Assembly (NCBI GenBank): GCA_964607485.1
Contig: CAZSKP010000052.1
Coordinates: 1 to 26,504, forward strand
Length of the DNA stretch: 26,504 nucleotides
Source of the DNA: an uncultured bacterium
GTDB lineage: Bacteria; Abyssobacteria; SURF-5
Direction of reading: 5' to 3'
In this document: positions 9,854-17,186 of the stretch, piece after piece
Position numbering within the stretch: position 1 is the stretch's first letter
Layout of the letters: every line of letters begins with the position of its first letter
Position numbers and translations under genes: made by a program
The notes under the pieces: generated by a model
What the model was told of the DNA's origin: nothing
Seen by the model: the letters and a program-made list of their open reading frames with translations, nothing else
Database searches by the model: none

Positions 9854-11065
9854 TCATTCCGAATCGTCGATGGCCGGCCACGCGTCGCCCCAGGGGACGG
9901 GGGGCAGGTTTTCCATCCGGCGTATCTCGTTTATCGTCATGATGCCCGACCGAACGAGACGCTCCTGCACCTGCGATTTTATGTCCTCGTTCTCCTTTAG
10001 GGCGTCGATGGCGGAGGTGTCGAACCGCACGAACCATCGCTCGCCCCGCTCGGGCCGGTTGTCGTCGAACATCGGCAGGAGCGAGTTGTTGAGCTTCTGC
10101 TCGAGCTTACGCAGCTTCGGGATTATGGTCTTCTGCCAGAACGCGCGGTTCTGATGTTCGGCGTTCGCGTAGTTGGCGTATTCATAGATGCCGACGAGCG
10201 CGGGCGGCACCTTGAACACGGCGCAGATTTCCTCGCGGCAGAACTTGCGCTGCTTGAGGAATTCCATGTCGCGCGGACTCAGGCCGATGGGCTTGTACTT
10301 CAGGCCTTCCTCGAGCACGGCGATGCGATGTGCGCGCGTCGCACCCTTGTGGCCTTCCTCCCATTGTTTCCTCAGCCGGTTGAATGTCTCGTCGCTCAGA
10401 GAAGAGTCGGTCTCGAGCACGCCGCCCGGGTGCGCGCCGTTCTTGAAGAACGCTTTGTTGTATGCGACTGAATACTGGTCGACGATGATGGCGTTGCGGA
10501 TGGCCGCTATCGGGCCGAGCCCGTAGTATTCATTCGCGGGATTGAAGTATTTAAAGTGGACGACCTCCTCGGCGCTGAGCGAGACACTGCGTCCGTTCAC
10601 CTCGTAGATGTATCCCTTCACGAAGTCGGCCCTGTCGGGTACTATCTTCACGCGATCGGGGCGCATGGGGTAAATCGCCAGCGGCATGCCTTCGTCGTCT
10701 CTCTCGATCTCCCAATAGCAGTTGCCCGAGAGTTCGAGAAACGAGGCCGTCGCCTCCCAAAGGTCGTATGAGGAGACGTGCGGGTTTACATCGGAGAGCA
10801 GCCGGGCAAGGCGGCTTTCGGAGACTTCCTCAATAGATTTCGCCGTTTGTCGGTAGGTCTTCAGCGGAGTGCCCGCGACGGCCGTGGCGATCGTGCTCAC
10901 GCAGGCATACACCCAGACCACCTGGCTGTAGGCTATCGCATAGTCTTCATAATTCTCCGGCCTGTCCTTGCCCAGCCTCTCCTCGAAATCGTTAATGAGT
11001 ATCTCGCGCACGCGTCGGGCCTTCTCGTAGCCCAGCATCTTGGCGACCCTGTCTATCAGCTTCAT
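9854..11065 (-). CDS. HK97-family phage portal protein (stand-alone)
   Basis: VYACVSTIA, PMRPDRV, EVVHFK...YGLGPI, FFKNGAHPGGVL, LEEGLKYKPIGLSPRDMEFL, ICAVFKVPPALVG, NYANAE and GIMTINEIRRMENLPP motifs. AGGAGG 6 nt upstream of ATG 11065 gives 403 aa. Confidence 0.92.
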   Translation of the reverse strand: MKLIDRVAKMLGYEKARRVREILINDFEERLGKDRPENYEDYAIAYSQVVWVYACVSTIATAVAGTPLKTYRQTAKSIEEVSESRLARLLSDVNPHVSSYDLWEATASFLELSGNCYWEIERDDEGMPLAIYPMRPDRVKIVPDRADFVKGYIYEVNGRSVSLSAEEVVHFKYFNPANEYYGLGPIAAIRNAIIVDQYSVAYNKAFFKNGAHPGGVLETDSSLSDETFNRLRKQWEEGHKGATRAHRIAVLEEGLKYKPIGLSPRDMEFLKQRKFCREEICAVFKVPPALVGIYEYANYANAEHQNRAFWQKTIIPKLRKLEQKLNNSLLPMFDDNRPERGERWFVRFDTSAIDALKENEDIKSQVQERLVRSGIMTINEIRRMENLPPVPWGDAWPAIDDSE

Positions 11066-11239
11066 CTGCTGCCTCCTCTGGCGGTTTTTCACGTTCAGCG
11101 CGATCGGCTCAAGGTTTCCCCGTCCGTGACTCTGGTGCTATGAATACCACCCCGCCAAGAGTCGAGCAACGAACTATTTGTTAACGGAGAAGACAAGAGC
11201 CGTAATATCCGCCGAAGCCTCGGTTTAAGCCGCTAACTC

Positions 11240-11248
11240 TGTTATAAT
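11240..11248 (+). promoter_or_regulatory. Extended -10 promoter element for the 11294 gene
   Basis: TGTTATAAT about 45 nt upstream of the ATG; no clear -35. Confidence 0.55.
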
Positions 11249-11293
11249 GAGTGGGCGCTGATTCAAAGTCACTATGGAAAAAAGGAGAACGAC

Positions 11294-11803
11294 ATGAGTG
11301 AAGATAAGGAAAAGATTGAAAGGCTCCGAAAGGATGTCTTTCTCGCCTGGGGCAACCGCGCTCTGGTCTATACGGCGATTTTAAACGAGCTTCGGAAAGA
11401 ACTCGGAGAGGAAAGGGCAAGCGCGCTCTTTAAACGTGCGATATTCAATCATGGCGTCAACATGGCGAGAATGGTCAATCCACCCGACACCATCGAGGAA
11501 TTCAAGAACTGGCTGCTGGCCTCTCTGCCCGATGACGGGGCGATGCTGCAACCCGAGGTGCTGTGCTGCAACGAGGAAGCTCTGGACATTAAGTTTCGCC
11601 GATGTCCTCTCAAGGAAGCGTGGCGGATGTTCAATCTCAGCGAGGAAGAGGTTGCCGACATGTGTAAACACGCCGACTCCTTTGATCGCGGTTTTTTCGG
11701 AAGCAAGTTCGACTATTCGATGGACCTGTGGTCGGAGCAACAGGACGATTCCTGCATCCTCCATTTTCGGCCCAAGAAGGAGAAGGACAACAATTCGAAA
11801 TGA
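11294..11803 (+). CDS. L-2-amino-thiazoline-4-carboxylate hydrolase (ATC_hydrolase)-family / V4R-like Cys-containing protein
   Basis: AAGGAG RBS; N-terminal ELRKELGEERA helix, then RCPLKEAW...MCKHADSFD...SCILHF Cys pattern typical of the family. Actual function unknown. Confidence 0.7.
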   Translation: MSEDKEKIERLRKDVFLAWGNRALVYTAILNELRKELGEERASALFKRAIFNHGVNMARMVNPPDTIEEFKNWLLASLPDDGAMLQPEVLCCNEEALDIKFRRCPLKEAWRMFNLSEEEVADMCKHADSFDRGFFGSKFDYSMDLWSEQQDDSCILHFRPKKEKDNNSK

Positions 11804-11877
11804 CATCTGATTGAGCACAGTGACCGAAAGGCGGCTGCAATGTCTGCAAAACCTACGACGCACAATAGCGCTCAGAC

Positions 11878-11906
11878 TTGACACGCTCGACAATTTCGTG
11901 TATTGT
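11878..11906 (+). promoter_or_regulatory. Sigma70-type promoter upstream of the long leader and receiver gene
   Basis: TTGACA(11878-11883)-17 bp-TATTGT(11901-11906). The palindrome GACAAT-N7-ATTGTC (11889-11907) overlaps the -10. Confidence 0.65.
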
Positions 11907-12162
11907 CTGATTGTTCATCTTGTGGAAGGTGGCTTTTTCTTATTCCAGCATATTCCGATAATCGCAAGCCACCTCTTATTTCGAACATACGCTCATCCCA
12001 ACAGCTTCGCGTCGGTGTGCCTGTTTTCTTCATTCATTTCCCGAGAGCCAATGTCGTATAGTGTCTTTGTGCGCCTTTGTGTAAGGCATTCATAGCGGGC
12101 ACGATGACTCCCGAGGGGGAATCTTATCAATAGGAGAGGGGAAAAGGGGGCGGCGGTAAACC

Positions 12163-12555
12163 GTGCAATTCAGAAAAGGCAAGAAGCGAATCCTTGTGGC
12201 GGACGATGATGAGGATTTTCTGAGCGCCATACGGGCCGTGCTCGAGTTCGGTGGATTCAGGGTTGACACGGCGGAAGACGGTGAGAAAGCCCTAAAAGAG
12301 ATTAAGAGACACAAGTACGATTTGTTGATTCTCGATGTGATCATGCCGAGAATCGACGGGGTCAAGCTGTTTCAGATGGCCAGGAAGAGTAAGAAATACA
12401 GGGACGTTCCCGTTTTATTCGTATCTGGCTATCCGGTGATGACCGAGCTTGAAGAACGGAAAAGAGAAATAGTCAACAAAGCCGAGGCGTACATACAAAA
12501 GCCTTTTAAGACAAAGGAGTTCCTCGAGACGGCTCGGAAGCTGTTGGGAGAATAG
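12163..12555 (+). CDS. Single-domain response regulator receiver (CheY-like)
   Basis: ILVADDD, phosphoacceptor LILDVIMPRIDG, FVSG and YIQKPF motifs; no output domain; GTG start. Confidence 0.92.
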   Translation: MQFRKGKKRILVADDDEDFLSAIRAVLEFGGFRVDTAEDGEKALKEIKRHKYDLLILDVIMPRIDGVKLFQMARKSKKYRDVPVLFVSGYPVMTELEERKREIVNKAEAYIQKPFKTKEFLETARKLLGE

Positions 12556-12689
12556 CTTGCCGCAAGCGAGCTTTGCCCGCTCCTGTCGCAATTCGCGAGG
12601 GAATGGTACAATAAATGATGTCCGGTGAAAATGGCGCGAAGCCTATTTTCGCTCAGACGTTTCCGACTGGATCGCGGAGGAGAGAAATT

Positions 12690-13778
12690 ATGTTGCGCAC
12701 GCTGACCAGAGCCTTCATACTCGTGTTCCTTTTGCCGCTTCCACTATTTGCCCAGAGCTCGGAAGAAGCCCAAAACGAGCTCCATCGGCTAAACATCCCC
12801 TACAATACTGAAGAATTCATAAATCGGGCAAAAGAGGGCGACGTTGTTGTCGTGGACTTGTTCTTAACCGCGGGAATGGCCGCGGACGCGAGAGAGGAAG
12901 ACGGCTGGACAGCCTTGATAGCCGCAGCGTCGAAGGGACACATTGACACCGTGAAGGCCTTGCTGCAGCGGGGCGCCGACGTAAATGCGAAGGACAAATA
13001 CGGAATCACGGCGCTGATTCCCGCAGCGCTTGGCGGCCATGCCGAGACCGTCAAGGTTTTGCTCGACAGGGGCGCCGACGCGAACGCGAGGGCCGGAAGC
13101 GGCCGGACTGCGTTGATGTTTGCGGCGTCGAGAGGCCATGCCGAGACCGTCAAGGCTTTGCTTGAAAAGGGCGCCGACGTAAACGGGAAGGACGAAAATG
13201 GCGAAACGGCGCTGATTCTCGCTGCCATGGGAGGCTACGCTGAGATCGTCAAGGCCCTGCTGGACGAGGGCGCCGACGTGAATGCGAGAGACCTCCGCGG
13301 CGTGACGGCATTGACATTTGCGGCAGACAGAGGCGATGCCGAAACCATGAAGATTCTACTTGAGAAAGGCGCCGAATCGAATGCCCGAGACGCCTATCAG
13401 CACACTCCGTTGATGCACGCGGCTTCGGGGGGTCACACCAAAGCCGTAAAGCTCCTGTTAGACAAAGGCGCAGAAGTGAATGCGAAGGACGAGGACTATC
13501 GGACCGCCTTGATGTTCGCGGCCATGGGAGGCCGCAACGAAGCCGTCAAGTTATTGCTGGACCGAGGGGCTGAAGTGAATGCTGTAGATGAATTCTGCCA
13601 GACAGCCCTGCTGTTGGCGACAAAAGGGGGACATGCCGAAGTGGTGAAAACGCTGTTGGATAAGGGTGCCAATGTCACTATTTCGGACAAGTTCAACACG
13701 ACAGCCCTGTTCTGCGCCACGGAGAAAGGATACTCGGACATCGTTCACTTGCTCGAGGAGGGGGGCGCGAAAAAATGA
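12690..13778 (+). CDS. Secreted ankyrin-repeat protein (9 repeats plus N-cap)
   Basis: GGAGGA RBS before ATG 12690, signal peptide MLRTLTRAFILVFLLPLPLFA-Q, nine 33-aa G-TAL--AA--G----VK-LL-GA-VN repeats. TGGTACAAT extended -10 at 12604-12612. Confidence 0.93.
   Translation: MLRTLTRAFILVFLLPLPLFAQSSEEAQNELHRLNIPYNTEEFINRAKEGDVVVVDLFLTAGMAADAREEDGWTALIAAASKGHIDTVKALLQRGADVNAKDKYGITALIPAALGGHAETVKVLLDRGADANARAGSGRTALMFAASRGHAETVKALLEKGADVNGKDENGETALILAAMGGYAEIVKALLDEGADVNARDLRGVTALTFAADRGDAETMKILLEKGAESNARDAYQHTPLMHAASGGHTKAVKLLLDKGAEVNAKDEDYRTALMFAAMGGRNEAVKLLLDRGAEVNAVDEFCQTALLLATKGGHAEVVKTLLDKGANVTISDKFNTTALFCATEKGYSDIVHLLEEGGAKK
12903..13775 (+). repeat. 99-bp-period coding repeats (ankyrin units)
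   Basis: GCCGAGACCGTCAAGG recurs at 13041 and 13140, and GGGCGCCGACG recurs at 99-bp spacing. Confidence 0.85.
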
Positions 13779-13892
13779 CAGACTCGCCCGATGACATTTC
13801 GGTCACTACGCAGGAGCATCCCGCATCGTGTCTCTCTATCATATCTCTCCCCTTCGCAACAGTTCGCCGGAAAAGTCAAGAGGAGCTTTCGT

Positions 13893-14339
13893 TCACTTCC
13901 CGCTCTTTGCAGCGCCGAACCTGAACCTTAACGGTTCCGCAAAAGCGGCATAGACGACCCTCCGTCCCACGGGCGCGAGTCCGGGACCGGCGGCGCCGGA
14001 GGGCCTTATTTCGGCCCTCAGGCGGAAGGTTTTCTTCGGAAACAGGACTCTCAACGGAGCGGGAATCTTGAAAACCAGGGAGATGTCGCCGTCCAGCTCG
14101 GCTTCCGTGGGGAGCAACAGATGCGCGCCGAACGAGCTGAGCGAGAGCGTCGTCGTTTCGCCCTCCCATCTGGAGCCTTTTCGCGTGATGCCGGCCACCC
14201 GACAGGGAACGTGAAGGTTCATTTCGAAGACGACCTTTTCCTCATCCCCTTTCTTGACATTTTCTGCAGTCGTGGCCGTTCCATTGAAGCCGTTTCTGTG
14301 CGCCCCTCTGATTCGGGGCAAGACGTTTGAGAGTAACAT
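13893..14339 (-). CDS. PilZ-like domain protein (degenerate)
   Basis: LHVPCRVAG...WEGETTTLSLSSFGAHL...ISLVFKIP...LRAEIR...VYAAF fits the PilZ beta-barrel pattern. ATG 14339 follows GAGGCGGTG. Confidence 0.6.
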   Translation of the reverse strand: MLLSNVLPRIRGAHRNGFNGTATTAENVKKGDEEKVVFEMNLHVPCRVAGITRKGSRWEGETTTLSLSSFGAHLLLPTEAELDGDISLVFKIPAPLRVLFPKKTFRLRAEIRPSGAAGPGLAPVGRRVVYAAFAEPLRFRFGAAKSGK

Positions 14340-14398
14340 GGCTGAATCACCGCCTCGCGGTTGTGCAACGACGAATGGGAACAACACCTCTTTATAGG

Positions 14399-14413
14399 GC
14401 ACGTTCTGTGCCA
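14399..14413 (-). promoter_or_regulatory. Sigma54 (-24/-12) promoter for the PilZ-like gene
   Basis: Minus strand TGGCACAGAACGTGC versus consensus TGGCAC-N5-TTGC (one mismatch), 60 nt upstream of the ATG, with an AT-rich tract at about 14434-14459. Confidence 0.6.
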
Positions 14414-14604
14414 AAGGGCGGTTCACCGAGGGGAATACTCATAAACATTGTTATTACATGGAGATAGGCTTGTCGGAGGAGTGCAGTTCCATTCGCCGCG
14501 TGGACCTGCGCCTGTCTGTTCGCAGACTTGGCCTGTGGCATTTTCATCAAGACGGAGGGAAGAGAGGCAGCCGGGTCTTTGCCGTCGCGGCGAAAGGAAA
14601 CGAG

Positions 14605-15219
14605 CTAGACGGGGGGAGAAAGGTCAAATTCATCAAGGCGAAATTTTCCTTTTGCGCTGCGCAGAATCGACAGACGCGCCCTGCCCATGTGACCCGATTC
14701 AAGGGTGGGACCATGGTTCTCGCAGAAGACCCAGATGAGCGCCATGAAGAGGAGGCAGTGCCCGACGATCAATACATGCTTCGAATTACCGTCCCCGAGT
14801 GTGCGCAGGAACTTCCTCAACCGTTTTTCAGCGTCCGCGAGAGTTTCCCCACCGCTGAATCCGTTCTGCGGGAAACCTCTTTCCCAGAGGTTCAGCACAC
14901 TGTCGAACGCGAGTCTGTATTCGGGATCGTCCTGCGGTTTCCCTTCGAGGTTGCCGACGTCGATTTCGGCCAGCGCGCCCGTCAGAACGGGCTTCAGGTT
15001 TAGGGGTTCGCATACGATTTCGGCCGTCTGTCTCGCGCGTAGCAGCGAGCTCGCATAGGCGGCCGATATGGGGAAACGCTTCAGCCACCCCGCCAAGCTT
15101 TGAGCCTGCCGGACTCCGTCCGCCGACAGCGGAGCGTCTATTCTGTGCGAGGCAAACACGTTGTCCACATTGGCCGTGCTCTCCCCGTGTCGAAGGAGGT
15201 AAAGCGTGACGTCGGACAT
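14605..15219 (-). CDS. Histidine phosphatase (phosphoglycerate mutase-like) family protein
   Basis: LYLLRHGES, SSLLRARQTA, LAEIDVG, GGET and LIVGH motifs. Start is ATG 15219 or ATG 15291 (which overlaps the upstream stop). Confidence 0.9.
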   Translation of the reverse strand: MSDVTLYLLRHGESTANVDNVFASHRIDAPLSADGVRQAQSLAGWLKRFPISAAYASSLLRARQTAEIVCEPLNLKPVLTGALAEIDVGNLEGKPQDDPEYRLAFDSVLNLWERGFPQNGFSGGETLADAEKRLRKFLRTLGDGNSKHVLIVGHCLLFMALIWVFCENHGPTLESGHMGRARLSILRSAKGKFRLDEFDLSPPV

Positions 15220-15287
15220 CTGCACCAAATCGATTCCTTGCGATGCGGCTCTGAGCGGCACAGGCAGGCAATCGGCGGCGGCGCCGG

Positions 15288-15764
15288 TCATGCCTGCAAA
15301 GGTTTGCCGATTTCGACGACCTTGGGGCCGACCAATCTGGCATAGACCTCGTATCTTATGCGCATGGTCTCAGTGTGAGAGCCTGCGTTGAACACAATTT
15401 CCGACGTGTCGGCGAGACCCTTGTCAACGTATACGGGCAGATCGTAGAGGTTCCCGAACGGCGATTCCGCGCCGAGTTCGATTCCCGGAAAAAGCTTCTC
15501 CATTTCCGCTTCAGATGCCAGCTTGACTTGCTTGCAACCGAGTGCTTTCTTGAGACGATTGAAGTCCACCATGACCGGCGCCTGAAGCACAAGCAGCGCG
15601 TACTTTCCATCGCAATTGCAGACGACGGTTTTGGCCACTTGCCAGCCGGTGACTTCCTGGGCTGCCGCCACCTCCTGGGCTGTGTATGCCGCCTTATGCG
15701 TCATCACCCTGTAGCTGACTTTGTTCGCGTCGAGAAACTCTTTCAGCCTTTTCGAGACCGTCAT
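15288..15764 (-). CDS. YbaK/EbsC-family aminoacyl-tRNA deacylase-like protein
   Basis: YTAQEVA, VAKTVV, LASEAE...GAESPFGNLY and IVFNAGSH motifs. GGAGG RBS before ATG 15764. Confidence 0.9.
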   Translation of the reverse strand: MTVSKRLKEFLDANKVSYRVMTHKAAYTAQEVAAAQEVTGWQVAKTVVCNCDGKYALLVLQAPVMVDFNRLKKALGCKQVKLASEAEMEKLFPGIELGAESPFGNLYDLPVYVDKGLADTSEIVFNAGSHTETMRIRYEVYARLVGPKVVEIGKPLQA

Positions 15765-15813
15765 TGAACCCACCTCCCCACCGTTGTTGGGAAACCGAGC
15801 ACTCAGGGCGAGT

Positions 15814-17181
15814 TTACCAGATTTCCTGAGAATCGGCAACACCCACGACGGCGTAGTTGGGCGGGTCTTCGGAAGTGTCAATGATGGGACCCTCGGCAGG
15901 AGGAGCGGCCCCGCCTTGGATCATTCGGACCTTGGGGAGAAAAGAGTTGTCCTCGTTCGGTTCGACGACGACGGCCGTCTCGCCGTTTCTCAGCCGAACG
16001 ATACTGCCGGGCGGAAAAACCCCGATCGTATTCAAGAGAAGCTTCACCAGAAGCGGGTCGAACTGGCTGCCTGCGCCTTCTATCAGGTCGCTGACCGCCT
16101 GGTTCACGCTATGAGCGGGGCGATAGCTGCGATTGGAGGTCATGGCTTCATAGAAATCGGCGATGCCCACTATGCGCGAAAGCGCGTGCGGATGTTGCTT
16201 TCCCTTTATAGTGGGGTATCCCGACAGGTCGTAACCCGCGTGATGTTCCAGCGCGGCTAGGACGGGCAGTTCGCCGAAGGTCTCATTCCGCATGAGTATC
16301 TGGGCGCCCTCGATCGGGTGGCGCCTCATCACAAGCCATTCATTCTCGTTCAATCTTCCCGGTTTGTCAATCAGTTCGCGCGGAACCTTGAGCTTTCCTA
16401 TGTCGTGCAAGAGTCCGCCGATGCCCACGATCTTCGTCAATTTCTCATCCAGCGAGAGCTTGCTCGCGATGAGAAGGGAGGTGATAGCAACGTTGACGGA
16501 ATGATGGAACAGGTATTCATCGTAATTCTTGATGCTCACGATTCCCATCACCGCGTCACGGTCATCCATGAAATCCCCCAGAAGCCTGGAAACCACCGCT
16601 TGCAGAGCGTTCGCGTTGAGAGGCCGGTTCGCCAAGACATCGTGTTCGACCGATTCCATGCACTCAAGGGCTCCCTCGTATGACGACCGGGCGACGAGCG
16701 AGCCCTCATCCTCTTCCACGACCTCGTACACGTCCTCTGCAAGGTCGAGAGCAACGAGCTTCTCGAAATTGACTCCTGTGACACCTTCCTCCTTCATCCG
16801 GGCCTTCAACGATTCCTCGCTTAAGTCGGCCTCTTTTTTCCCGTTTATCAGCGAGAAGAAGAGGGCAAGCGATTCGGGAGTGACTCCCGGCTCGAGCGAG
16901 AGGCTGTTCACACCCCGCTGCATCAGCAGCTTGACGAAGTCGGAATACTTGAGACTCTCCTCACGGAGCTGTTGCTTCTCAACGTATATCTCAGAGTTCA
17001 CGATGTTGAAGCTTATGCGCCGACGGTCCGCAAAAAGGGACTCTGACATTTCGCATATCCGCGTGGCGGGTTCGATGACGGACGGATGCTTTGGGGGGTA
17101 AATGCCGACATTCTTGTCTAACGCCACCATGTTGGCAATCATCTCGCGCGCGAGACGGAGCAGGTTTTCAATGTCGGGCAT
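15814..17181 (-). CDS. HD-GYP domain protein (putative cyclic-dinucleotide phosphodiesterase) with uncharacterised N-terminal domain
   Basis: HSVNV, LHDIGK, RHPIEG, EHHAGYDLSGYP, ADFYEAMTSNRSYR and FDP...FPPGS motifs. Confidence 0.92.
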   Translation of the reverse strand: MPDIENLLRLAREMIANMVALDKNVGIYPPKHPSVIEPATRICEMSESLFADRRRISFNIVNSEIYVEKQQLREESLKYSDFVKLLMQRGVNSLSLEPGVTPESLALFFSLINGKKEADLSEESLKARMKEEGVTGVNFEKLVALDLAEDVYEVVEEDEGSLVARSSYEGALECMESVEHDVLANRPLNANALQAVVSRLLGDFMDDRDAVMGIVSIKNYDEYLFHHSVNVAITSLLIASKLSLDEKLTKIVGIGGLLHDIGKLKVPRELIDKPGRLNENEWLVMRRHPIEGAQILMRNETFGELPVLAALEHHAGYDLSGYPTIKGKQHPHALSRIVGIADFYEAMTSNRSYRPAHSVNQAVSDLIEGAGSQFDPLLVKLLLNTIGVFPPGSIVRLRNGETAVVVEPNEDNSFLPKVRMIQGGAAPPAEGPIIDTSEDPPNYAVVGVADSQEIW

Positions 17182-17186
17182 GAACG

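Noticed and set aside
9847-11300. Prophage or genomic island around the portal gene
   Set aside because: No integrase, att-like direct repeats, tRNA, other phage genes or evident compositional shift; only one phage-type gene is present.
11811-12095. 94-aa ORF in the intergenic region
   Set aside because: TTG start with no RBS, atypical composition, and it overlaps a near-consensus promoter and RNA-like stems.
12903-13775. Regularly spaced repeats considered as a CRISPR array or DGR-type repeat
   Set aside because: The 99-bp period is fully explained by in-frame ankyrin units; no cas or reverse transcriptase gene is present.
14460-14604. c-di-GMP-I riboswitch-like words (GGCAAA, GCCACAGGCCAAG) on the minus strand upstream of the PilZ-like gene
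   Set aside because: The GNRA tetraloop/receptor and GACGCAAAGC core are not properly formed, and the region lies upstream of the predicted sigma54 start.
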